NCBI GenBank assembly: GCA_046759445.1
Contig: JBHICG010000075.1
Span: 1-15,293 of the forward strand
DNA: 15,293 bases
Reading direction: 5' to 3'
From: Candidatus Scalinduaceae bacterium
Lineage (GTDB): Bacteria; Planctomycetota; Brocadiia; Brocadiales; Scalinduaceae
The position numbers and the translations under genes are program-made. Positions 7,759 to 15,293 of this stretch are shown here, piece by piece. Numbering within the stretch: the stretch's first letter is position 1; each line of letters starts with the position of its first letter. The notes under the pieces are model-generated. The model was given only the letters and a program-made list of their open reading frames with translations, made no database searches and was not told the origin of the DNA.

Positions 7759-9000
7759 ATGTCACTAAAAGAAAGAAGATCAAGTAAAAAAATACTTACA
7801 ATGATTTTAGCAGGAGGCCAGGGAGAAAGACTGTATCCGCTAACAAAAGATAGGGCAAAACCAGCAGTTCCTTTTGGAGGTATTTATAGGATAATAGACT
7901 TTGCATTAAGCAATTGCCTGAATTCTGGATTACGTAAAATAATAGTGCTAACACAATACAAATCTTATTCTCTTGATAGACATTTAAGGCTTGGATGGAA
8001 CATTTTTAATGACGAGCTAGATGAATACATAGAACAAATACCGCCTCAGCAAAGGATAAGTGACCAGTGGTATTTAGGAACTGCTGATGCTGTTTATCAA
8101 AATGTATATACCCTTGAAAAGGAGCAGCCAGAAATGGTTTTGGTACTTGGTGGAGACCATGTTTACAAAATGGATTACAGGAAATTGATCTTTTTCCATC
8201 AAAAAAAAGAAGCAGATATTACAATACCATGTGTAGAAGTGCCTTTAAATGAGGGAAAACGGTTTGGCGTTATAGAGATAGATAAAAAAAACAGGATAAT
8301 TGGTTTTTATGAAAAACCTTCTAACCCCAAGTCCCTGCCAAACAATCCAGAAACAACAATTATTTCAACGGGAATTTATTTGTTTAATACTCTAACTTTA
8401 GTTAAAGCCGTAATTGACGATACAAAAAAGAGCACTGAACATGATTTTGGTAAGAATATAATACCTGAGATGATACATTCAAAAAGAGTATATGCATATC
8501 CTTTTGTAGATAAAAACAAAGATAAAGTAAGTTACTGGCGCGATATAGGTACCCTGGATGCATATTGGGAGACTAATATGGATCTTGTACAAGTATTACC
8601 TATTTTTAATCTTTATGATAAAGAATGGCCTATACGTACATATCAGGAACAATATCCACCTGCCAAAACAGTTTTTCATGAAAATTTTCCAGATGGGAGA
8701 ATAGGTACTATATTAAATTCTATTGTATCTGGAGGATGTATAATAAGTGGTGCAAAGGTAGAAAGTTGTATCTTATCTCCTGATGTTAGAGTGGATTCTC
8801 AATCTGAAATTTACGATTCAATCATAATGGAAAGTGTTAGGATAGGCAAGGGTGTAAAGATCAGAAGGGCTATTATAGACAAATCAGTAAATATTCCTGA
8901 CAATATGAGTATTGGTTATGACCTTGAAAGGGACTCTAAAAATTTTACAATTACGAAAAATGGCATTGTTGTTGTTCGAAAAGAAATGTCTTTAGCATAA
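7759..9000 (+). CDS. glgC: Glucose-1-phosphate adenylyltransferase (ADP-glucose pyrophosphorylase)
   Basis: 413 aa; LAGGQGERLYPLTKDRAKPAVPFGG, WYLGTADAVYQN, GDHVYKMDY, FYEKP, HDFGKNIIP, YWRDIGTLDAYW, C-terminal hexapeptide beta-helix. Confidence 0.97.
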   Translation: MSLKERRSSKKILTMILAGGQGERLYPLTKDRAKPAVPFGGIYRIIDFALSNCLNSGLRKIIVLTQYKSYSLDRHLRLGWNIFNDELDEYIEQIPPQQRISDQWYLGTADAVYQNVYTLEKEQPEMVLVLGGDHVYKMDYRKLIFFHQKKEADITIPCVEVPLNEGKRFGVIEIDKKNRIIGFYEKPSNPKSLPNNPETTIISTGIYLFNTLTLVKAVIDDTKKSTEHDFGKNIIPEMIHSKRVYAYPFVDKNKDKVSYWRDIGTLDAYWETNMDLVQVLPIFNLYDKEWPIRTYQEQYPPAKTVFHENFPDGRIGTILNSIVSGGCIISGAKVESCILSPDVRVDSQSEIYDSIIMESVRIGKGVKIRRAIIDKSVNIPDNMSIGYDLERDSKNFTITKNGIVVVRKEMSLA

Positions 9001-9058
9001 AACAAATTGGTTAATCTTTTTTCAGTTTTTAAAAAAGTTTTATTTACACCCTGATAAA

Positions 9059-10345
9059 TTATTTCCATATATTGAAAAGTGGAAGATTACCTGAAGAATC
9101 GAAAACGAGCTCTTTAATAGAAGATAACCGCTCTAAATCATCACGTCTTTTCAAATCATCCAGATAAGCTTCAGATATTATCACTTTTTCTAAATCAAGA
9201 GTGTTTTTTATCCATACAATCTTGGCATTTTTGGTATCATCTGTTCCACATGTAAATATCGCAGCATCTATGGCATCTTTATCACAGTCAAATGCCATCG
9301 GAATCTTTGCGCCTTCAGGTCTAATGGCAGTGATGCAATTTATATACGTTTCCTGAAAGTTTATCTTATTTATCAGTTTTCTCGATGTAAAGTCTGCCAA
9401 TCCTATACCACAAGCGTTACCACGTGAGTTAGTAGTCAAATCACGTACGAATATTCTTGCAATTCTTACATCTTCATCAAAAATCTGACCAAAAATTTTC
9501 ATCTGCGTGGATTCTTGCTTACGCCCTACAATATTTGTATCCATGCCGGTGCCACTTATATCTTTGCCCATTTCATCAATTATTAACAAATCAATATTGC
9601 TGAATGGTAACTTTGGCATTAGCGTAAAGGCTTCTTTTTTGAGCTTAGTTTCTATTTTAATAATGTTCTCACTTGTTACAGCATTAATATTTGCTACATT
9701 ACCATAAGCATTTTCTATTATTGCTAACCCAAACAGTACGGATAACTTTGATAAAATCATTGGTAAAACTGATGCAATTATCTGGTCAAAACTAAACTTC
9801 ATTATGGCTCGGTGATATGTTTTTGCGCCAACATCCTTCCCGAGTCCAACCAGTAACATCTTTATTAGCCCACTCTCTATCTCACCTACAAAACGAGTAT
9901 GTGGTTTAACCCGATTAATCATCACTACATGATTAGCCGCAATAGCGTTTTTATCCACATAAACAGGAATGCCCTCTTTACTATCTCCAATCTTAACTAC
10001 TTCCATAGAAGATTTTATTGGCACTCCCATGTTTTCCTCTGTAATCCCATATCCAGCTAATACGTCAAGTTGACCTTTGGCAGTGGCTCCTCCATGACTA
10101 CCCATAGCTGGTATTATAAATGGTATTCCCCCTAACCTTATTAATTCATCAACAACCGCCTTTGTAATCTTATTTATTTCTGCAATACCGCGACTACCAG
10201 CAGTGATAGCTATGCTACTACCGGGCTTAACTCTTTGATCGAGTTTTAGATTGGATATTTCCGATTTGACCGTTTCTGTTGTATTGTTTAAGGCAAATGA
10301 TGTGAATTTTTGTTTGATTTGAATCAATCTGGGATATTTTGCCAA
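9059..10345 (-). CDS. Lactate racemase (LarA) superfamily / DUF2088-domain protein
   Basis: 428 aa, TTG start with AAAGGA upstream; motifs ITAGSRGI, PAMGSHGGAT, NRVKPHT, ESGL.KM..VGLGK, MGKDISGTGMDTN, GNA.GIGLADF. Exact substrate unknown. Confidence 0.78.
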   Translation of the reverse strand: MAKYPRLIQIKQKFTSFALNNTTETVKSEISNLKLDQRVKPGSSIAITAGSRGIAEINKITKAVVDELIRLGGIPFIIPAMGSHGGATAKGQLDVLAGYGITEENMGVPIKSSMEVVKIGDSKEGIPVYVDKNAIAANHVVMINRVKPHTRFVGEIESGLIKMLLVGLGKDVGAKTYHRAIMKFSFDQIIASVLPMILSKLSVLFGLAIIENAYGNVANINAVTSENIIKIETKLKKEAFTLMPKLPFSNIDLLIIDEMGKDISGTGMDTNIVGRKQESTQMKIFGQIFDEDVRIARIFVRDLTTNSRGNACGIGLADFTSRKLINKINFQETYINCITAIRPEGAKIPMAFDCDKDAIDAAIFTCGTDDTKNAKIVWIKNTLDLEKVIISEAYLDDLKRRDDLERLSSIKELVFDSSGNLPLFNIWK

Positions 10346-10482
10346 TCTCTGATCCTTTTATGGCAATTTATCAATGTCAAGTAGAGTCTTTTTGATTTTA
10401 TGATCAATTTCTTTTTCCCTCATTCACAAATAAAGGGATTTTTCTACCCAACTATTGAGAAGACTTTTTTGTATTGCCTTAT

Positions 10483-11163
10483 TTACGACTTGCTTAGTAT
10501 GTTAGGGCGCAATTCGATTTCCTGTGGCACCAGTATCCCACCTGATATGATTAATTTCATTCCCTCTTCGACACTCATATTAGTATCCACTATACTACTT
10601 TCTGGAATATAAATTAGAAAACCAGAGGTAGGATTTGGAGTCGTAGGAACGAATATACTTGTAAGTTCCGTACCATCCTTACTTTTTATACTGCCTGTTA
10701 CAAATGCGACTACCTTCATACCAACTCTCGGATATTCAACGAAAACCACGCGTTTAAAGGCATTACGACTTGGAAGGCTTACAATTTCTATTAATTGCTT
10801 TGATGAATTATAGATATTTTTTATAATTGGGGTTTTTTGTAATACTGCTTCAAAATAACCTATCACAAGTTTTCCAAATAAGTTGGTAGCGAAAACACCC
10901 ATGAAGTAAAGAATTATAAACGTAAGTATAAATGCAACTGTTGTAACGACAAACTCATCTGCAGTGCCATTTCGGAGAGAATATCCTAGGAGGCTAAAAA
11001 CTTTCTTTACGATAGGAGATAAAATGCCACCCAATAGACCAAGCAAGAATTTAATTATAAAATACGTGATGTAGATTGGAAAGATAACAAGAAGACCTGT
11101 AAGTAATTTCCTTCTAATATTCCTCTTAAAATTGCTTGTTAAGGTTGTTCGTTTTGATTCCAT
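10483..11163 (-). CDS. DUF502 family membrane protein
   Basis: 226 aa; two N-terminal hydrophobic segments; P.IKNIY, VVFVEYPR and VPTTPNPTSGFL signatures; MSVEEGMKLIISGG. Confidence 0.92.
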   Translation of the reverse strand: MESKRTTLTSNFKRNIRRKLLTGLLVIFPIYITYFIIKFLLGLLGGILSPIVKKVFSLLGYSLRNGTADEFVVTTVAFILTFIILYFMGVFATNLFGKLVIGYFEAVLQKTPIIKNIYNSSKQLIEIVSLPSRNAFKRVVFVEYPRVGMKVVAFVTGSIKSKDGTELTSIFVPTTPNPTSGFLIYIPESSIVDTNMSVEEGMKLIISGGILVPQEIELRPNILSKS

Positions 11164-11193
11164 TCAAAATGTCCTTAGAAGTTTATGGATACC

Positions 11194-12939
11194 CTAAGAT
11201 CCAAAAAGCTTCCATATTACAACCATTATGCCTGCAAGGATAAAGTTAAAATCTGTAATAGCCTCACAGGCCAGTCCACTTGGTATAAGACGTATATGAT
11301 AGAGATATAAATATCCACACGCATATATAACACACGGAAGAAGATAATAAGAAAACGCTGAAGTCCAACCAATCATTGGACTAACAACTAATAACATTGC
11401 TATTAATACTGAAATTACAATTAGGATTATCTTTGTGTTTGTTTTTCCTATTGCAATTGGTATTGTTTCTTTGCCGACTATCCTATCACCATGAACATCA
11501 TCTACATCAAGTAGCACAGTCCTGATGAAAGCCATACAAAAAACGAATGTTAATACTACAGGTAAAGCTGATAAAAAGTGAACAGATGCCCCCAAAAAAG
11601 GAATCAAACCCATGCTCAAAGCCCAGGCAATACTTATAAAGATTTCTTTTGAACCCGGAATCTGTTCCAGGCTACGATATCGAATAAAACGAGAAAAATT
11701 CTTAGGAACCATAGTTATCCTGTAAGCAATTCCGAATAAAGTTGCAAAAAACACACAGAAAAACACCTCTATGCTAACCATGGATGCCAACAAGAGAGAA
11801 ACAACTGCTGCAGCAATACCAAAAGCCACGAAAATGTTTTGATGTCTTTCATATAATTCTGCTCTGGATGGCTCATTTAATGACACTGCCTCTTTATTTG
11901 TAAAATGGTTTAGAACATACATAGAAAACAGAAATAAGGTTGCAATTGCGCAGAAATTAAACTTTGGATCAATACCAAGAAGAACAGAACATGAGTAACT
12001 AAAACTTGCAGCGCCAATCCCAAGATACAAGAAACTACCCATTAAAATTGTAGTAGCCCTCTTGATAAAAATTCGTGTTTTTCCAATCTTTTCAGCTTGG
12101 AAAGCCTGGATTTTATCCACAACCTTTTGAATTAACCAGCTAGGTGTTGAAGCTCCTGCAGTTACGCCAATTACATCAAAATCTATAAACTTACTTAATT
12201 CCAATTCATCGTCGGTTTCTACTAAGAATGTGGGAGTACCTTTATTTGCAGAAATCTGTGCCAATCTATTTGTATTCGCACTGCCTTTACCACCAACGAC
12301 AATCATTGCATCAACTGTTTTGTTAATATTAATTACCTCCTCTTGCCGTTTCGAAGTAGAACTACATATTGTCTCAGACACCTTATGATTTTTATACTTT
12401 TTTTTGAGTTCTTCTACCGTCAACGCGTATGTATGCATATCCTGTGTAGTTTGAGCGACAATACAAACCTTATCCATTTTTGGTAAGCTGAATACATCTT
12501 CTGGTGAAGATATTACATAACCATTGCCTTTAGCATAACCAAGTAAACCTATTACTTCAGCATGTCCTTCATCACCAACAATGATGGTGGAATATCCTTC
12601 ATTCGCATGTTTCTCAATTATTGATTGTACTCGTACTACACGTGGACATGTTGCATCGCAGATATCTGCGCCTGATTCTTCTAATTCTTTTCGTCTCTCA
12701 GGAGTAATGCCATGCGCCCTTATTACTACAGTACTTTTAGTGAGGTCAGGACTTCCTCTAAGAGTGTTTATGCCCTTTTTCTCTAACATCTCAAGTACTT
12801 GAGGGTTATGTATCAATGGACCTTCTGTATAGACAAGGCCATCGTCTCTTTTCCTTTTGTTTGAGGCATCTAAAACCATGTCCATCGCCTTTCGTACTCC
12901 CATACAGAAGCCTGCAGTTTTTGCTACAATCACACGCAT
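11194..12939 (-). CDS. ispH: 4-hydroxy-3-methylbut-2-enyl diphosphate reductase fused to a C-terminal UbiA-like membrane prenyltransferase domain
   Basis: 581 aa. N-terminal ~280 aa has all IspH motifs: GFCMGV, IHN, RAHG, DATCP, HAEV, QTT, ICSST..RQ, SANT, TAGASTP. C-terminal ~295 aa is polytopic and carries the UbiA-type motif DVDDVHGD..VG..TIP (11485-11508). Confidence 0.92.
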   Translation of the reverse strand: MRVIVAKTAGFCMGVRKAMDMVLDASNKRKRDDGLVYTEGPLIHNPQVLEMLEKKGINTLRGSPDLTKSTVVIRAHGITPERRKELEESGADICDATCPRVVRVQSIIEKHANEGYSTIIVGDEGHAEVIGLLGYAKGNGYVISSPEDVFSLPKMDKVCIVAQTTQDMHTYALTVEELKKKYKNHKVSETICSSTSKRQEEVININKTVDAMIVVGGKGSANTNRLAQISANKGTPTFLVETDDELELSKFIDFDVIGVTAGASTPSWLIQKVVDKIQAFQAEKIGKTRIFIKRATTILMGSFLYLGIGAASFSYSCSVLLGIDPKFNFCAIATLFLFSMYVLNHFTNKEAVSLNEPSRAELYERHQNIFVAFGIAAAVVSLLLASMVSIEVFFCVFFATLFGIAYRITMVPKNFSRFIRYRSLEQIPGSKEIFISIAWALSMGLIPFLGASVHFLSALPVVLTFVFCMAFIRTVLLDVDDVHGDRIVGKETIPIAIGKTNTKIILIVISVLIAMLLVVSPMIGWTSAFSYYLLPCVIYACGYLYLYHIRLIPSGLACEAITDFNFILAGIMVVIWKLFGS

Positions 12940-12975
12940 TTTTAATAAACTCCAATTTGATAATGTTATCCAAAA

Positions 12976-13004
12976 ATTCTATCAACTAACAATTTTCTTG
13001 TCAA
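12976..13004 (-). promoter_or_regulatory. Sigma70 promoter for ispH-UbiA (TTGACA-17-TAGAAT, extended TG)
   Basis: Seen on the minus strand: TTGACA 13004-12999, 17-nt spacer ending TGA, TAGAAT 12981-12976; GGAG RBS at 12953-12950 before the ATG at 12939. Confidence 0.7.
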
Positions 13005-13026
13005 AGAAATTCGGATTTGATAAAAT
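12998..13026 (+). promoter_or_regulatory. Sigma70 promoter for the HAD / nitroreductase / radical SAM operon (TTGTCA-17-TAAAAT, extended TG)
   Basis: Seen: TTGTCA 12998-13003, 17-nt spacer ending TGA, TAAAAT 13021-13026. Confidence 0.6.
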
Positions 13027-13197
13027 TAATTTGTTTTTTGTAGTTCTAGGTTGGATTGTAAACATAAGCTAGCTTTATTAAAATACTTAGATTATAAAGG
13101 AGTTTTTAACCTGATAAAGTAAGAGAATTGTTTGGGAGTGCAGAAGGACATTAAACTAAAACCATCAAACAATCGGCATTAAAGATAATTGTAGATT

Positions 13198-13845
13198 ATG
13201 ACAAAGGTAGCTATTTTTGATATAGACGGTACGTTAATAAAAAACGTTTCTTCTGAACGACTATTTTTCAAATATCTGATATCGAAAAGAATAGTCACCA
13301 TAAAAGACATCTTGAGATTTGTAATAGTTTCATTGAATAGATTTCTGAATTTTAAAGGTTTTCAATTCAAAAAAAACAAATATTACCTTAAAGGGAAAAA
13401 CGTTGACGTTATTGTTAAGGTAGCTAAAAATTTTTTTAAAGAAAAGTTATCTCCGCTAATTTCACATAAAGCGTTAATAGAAATTAATAGTCTTAAAGAC
13501 AAAGGTTATATGATTATATTTTTGTCTGGTACGCTTAATTCCTTTGTTGAGTGTTTTAAGGATTATTGTAATGCAGACTTAGGCATTGGCACTAAGCTGA
13601 TTAGCGATAATGGAGTTTTAACTGGTGAGATTAATGGGACATATGTATTTAACAAAAACAAGGCTGACATTGTTAAAAGATTGGAAAGAAGATATAACAT
13701 AGACTTAAATAAATCATACTCTTATGCAAACCAATATGCTGATGTCAAGTTCATGCAGCTTACTGGATACCCGATTGCTGTTAATGCCAGCTTAATACTT
13801 CGTGTTTATGCAAAAAAAAATAATTGGTCTATAAAAGAATTTTAA
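13198..13845 (+). CDS. HAD-superfamily subfamily IB hydrolase (phosphoserine-phosphatase-like)
   Basis: 215 aa; motif I FDIDGTL, motif II LSGT, LTGEI.G, motif III Lys (NKA), variant motif IV YSYANQYAD, P.AVN near the C-terminus. Confidence 0.88.
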   Translation: MTKVAIFDIDGTLIKNVSSERLFFKYLISKRIVTIKDILRFVIVSLNRFLNFKGFQFKKNKYYLKGKNVDVIVKVAKNFFKEKLSPLISHKALIEINSLKDKGYMIIFLSGTLNSFVECFKDYCNADLGIGTKLISDNGVLTGEINGTYVFNKNKADIVKRLERRYNIDLNKSYSYANQYADVKFMQLTGYPIAVNASLILRVYAKKNNWSIKEF

Positions 13846-13883
13846 GACTTTTCTAAAAAGAGATAAAGTAAGAGGGTTATAGC

Positions 13884-14390
13884 ATGGACTTTTATGAAGT
13901 AATACGTAAAAGAAGGAGTACACGATCGTATAAATCTGACCTTGTTGAAGAGGATAAACTACTTCGAATATTAAATACAGCAAGACTCGCACCCTCTGCC
14001 GCAAATAAACAACCAATTCTCTTTATTGTAGTTAAGGATGATAAAACTAAACGAAAATTAAAGGATGCCTATTCTCAAGAATGGTTTTATACCGCTCCCA
14101 TAATTATATGTGCATGTGCTATCCCTGATAAGGCCTGGAAGAGAAGTGATGGAAAGACATATTTTGATGTTGATGTGGCAATTGCTATGGATCATTTAAT
14201 CCTTGCAGCTTCTGCTGAAGGATTGGGCACTTGTTGGATAGCGGCCTTTAAACCAAAAGTAGTAAAGGAAGTACTAAACATACCTGATAATCTTGAACCC
14301 TTAATCTTAACACCCCTAGGTTATCCAGACATCATTCCAGAACCAACGTACAGAAAATCACTTAAGGAAATAATTAGAGAAATCAAGTGA
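13884..14390 (+). CDS. Nitroreductase family flavoprotein
   Basis: 168 aa; RRSTRSY, LAPSAANKQP, D.AIAMDHLILAA..EGLGTCWI, LGYP. Confidence 0.94.
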   Translation: MDFYEVIRKRRSTRSYKSDLVEEDKLLRILNTARLAPSAANKQPILFIVVKDDKTKRKLKDAYSQEWFYTAPIIICACAIPDKAWKRSDGKTYFDVDVAIAMDHLILAASAEGLGTCWIAAFKPKVVKEVLNIPDNLEPLILTPLGYPDIIPEPTYRKSLKEIIREIK

Positions 14391-15293
14391 ACGTACTCCT
14401 TTTATCCATGCCAGATACGGCACCTCACTTTAGCGGAAAGAGATGGAAGGCTCCTAATCTTGCTACGTCGTCAATCGCAGGAAACATAAAAGACCATGAT
14501 GTTTTCGTTGCAGACCTGGTACTGAAAAGAGAAAAAATAAAAGAAACAGTTATAGAGTTATTGAAAAAATATAAGCCTTCAATAGTAGGTCTTAGTGCGA
14601 TGAGTTTCCAATTTGATACATCGAGGAAGATTGCACAGCTCATTAAAGAAGAAAATAAAGATATAAAAACTGTCCTTGGGGGGTATCATGCAACATTAAT
14701 GTATGATGAGATTTCTAATAGCGATTATTCAGAGCCATTTGATTTCTTCATAAGAGGAGAAGGTGATTTGAGTTTTAACGAACTTCTGGAGGCTTGTGAA
14801 CGTAAGCGTGATTTAAGTAGTATTCCAGGTATATCTTATAAAGAAAGTGGCAATTTCATTCATAATAACCCAAGACAACTTGAGGACTTAAATGAAATTA
14901 AGTTACCGGCCAGAGACAAAAGAGTACTTAAGGGATATCATTATTATGGCTTTACGTTAGATATAATAGAAACGTCAAGGGGATGTACAATGCCGTGTAA
15001 CTTCTGTAGCATGGACCAAATGTATGGTAAAAGTTTTCGTATGTATGGTATAGACAGAGTAATCAAAGATATTGAAGATGCGAAAAAGTACGGTGCAGAT
15101 TTTATAATCATTGCCGATGATAATTTTCTGCTGAACGTAAAAAGATTCGAAGATTTGTGCGATGCCATAGTCGATTCCGGGCATAATGATATACGCTATA
15201 TAATTCAGGCCAGTAGTGTAGGTATTGCCTCATCGAACACTCTAGCAGAAAAAATGGCAAAGGCAGGCTTCAGGATAGTCTTTCTCGGCGTTG
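14387..15293 (+). CDS. Cobalamin-binding (class B / BchE-like) radical SAM protein, 3'-truncated by the window edge
   Basis: Not in the ORF track; translated by hand from GTG 14387, which overlaps the nitroreductase stop (GTGA): MNVLLLSMPD...PSIVGLSAMSFQ...VLGGYHAT...RGEGD...IPGISY...IETSRGCTMPCNFC (CxxxCxxC at 14984-15007)...ADDNF...AGFRIVFLGV. Open to the end of the window. Confidence 0.93.
   Translation, partial: MNVLLLSMPDTAPHFSGKRWKAPNLATSSIAGNIKDHDVFVADLVLKREKIKETVIELLKKYKPSIVGLSAMSFQFDTSRKIAQLIKEENKDIKTVLGGYHATLMYDEISNSDYSEPFDFFIRGEGDLSFNELLEACERKRDLSSIPGISYKESGNFIHNNPRQLEDLNEIKLPARDKRVLKGYHYYGFTLDIIETSRGCTMPCNFCSMDQMYGKSFRMYGIDRVIKDIEDAKKYGADFIIIADDNFLLNVKRFEDLCDAIVDSGHNDIRYIIQASSVGIASSNTLAEKMAKAGFRIVFLGV

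Noticed and set aside
13884..14390. Nitroreductase as BluB (cobalamin lower-ligand synthase) because of the adjacent B12 enzyme
   Set aside because: Short (168 aa) and lacks the BluB-type RRDVR / APSVG..QPW signatures; kept as a generic nitroreductase.
9507..15184. Short ORFs 9507-9707, 10400-10612, 12581-12802, 12857-13072, 13792-14016, 14425-14643, 14944-15168 and 14975-15184
   Set aside because: Antisense shadows of real genes; the last three lie opposite the radical SAM gene.

Overview
AT-rich bacterial chromosomal window made up mostly of metabolic genes. The gene style suggests an anaerobe such as an anammox planctomycete or a deltaproteobacterium, but this is inference only. The first ~0.9 kb is non-coding and structured. 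It holds the 3' half of a tRNA-Val(CAC) (526-570) that looks like the att junction of an integrated element lying to the left, a ~170-bp MITE-like element with nested REP-type palindromes and an IHF-consensus site (579-751), and an intact tRNA with a CAT anticodon (likely Ile2). Next come dodecin, a class I SAM methyltransferase, a YheT-like alpha/beta hydrolase, and a GalT-like nucleotidyltransferase / PAS-GAF histidine kinase / single-domain response regulator / glgC cluster. The minus strand carries a LarA/DUF2088-like protein, DUF502 and an IspH-UbiA-like fusion. A symmetric bidirectional sigma70 promoter separates these from a HAD-IB hydrolase / nitroreductase / B12-binding radical SAM operon; the last gene is absent from the ORF track and runs off the window. 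No CRISPR array, rRNA, transposase or integrase is visible. All family calls come from motif recognition, not database searches.
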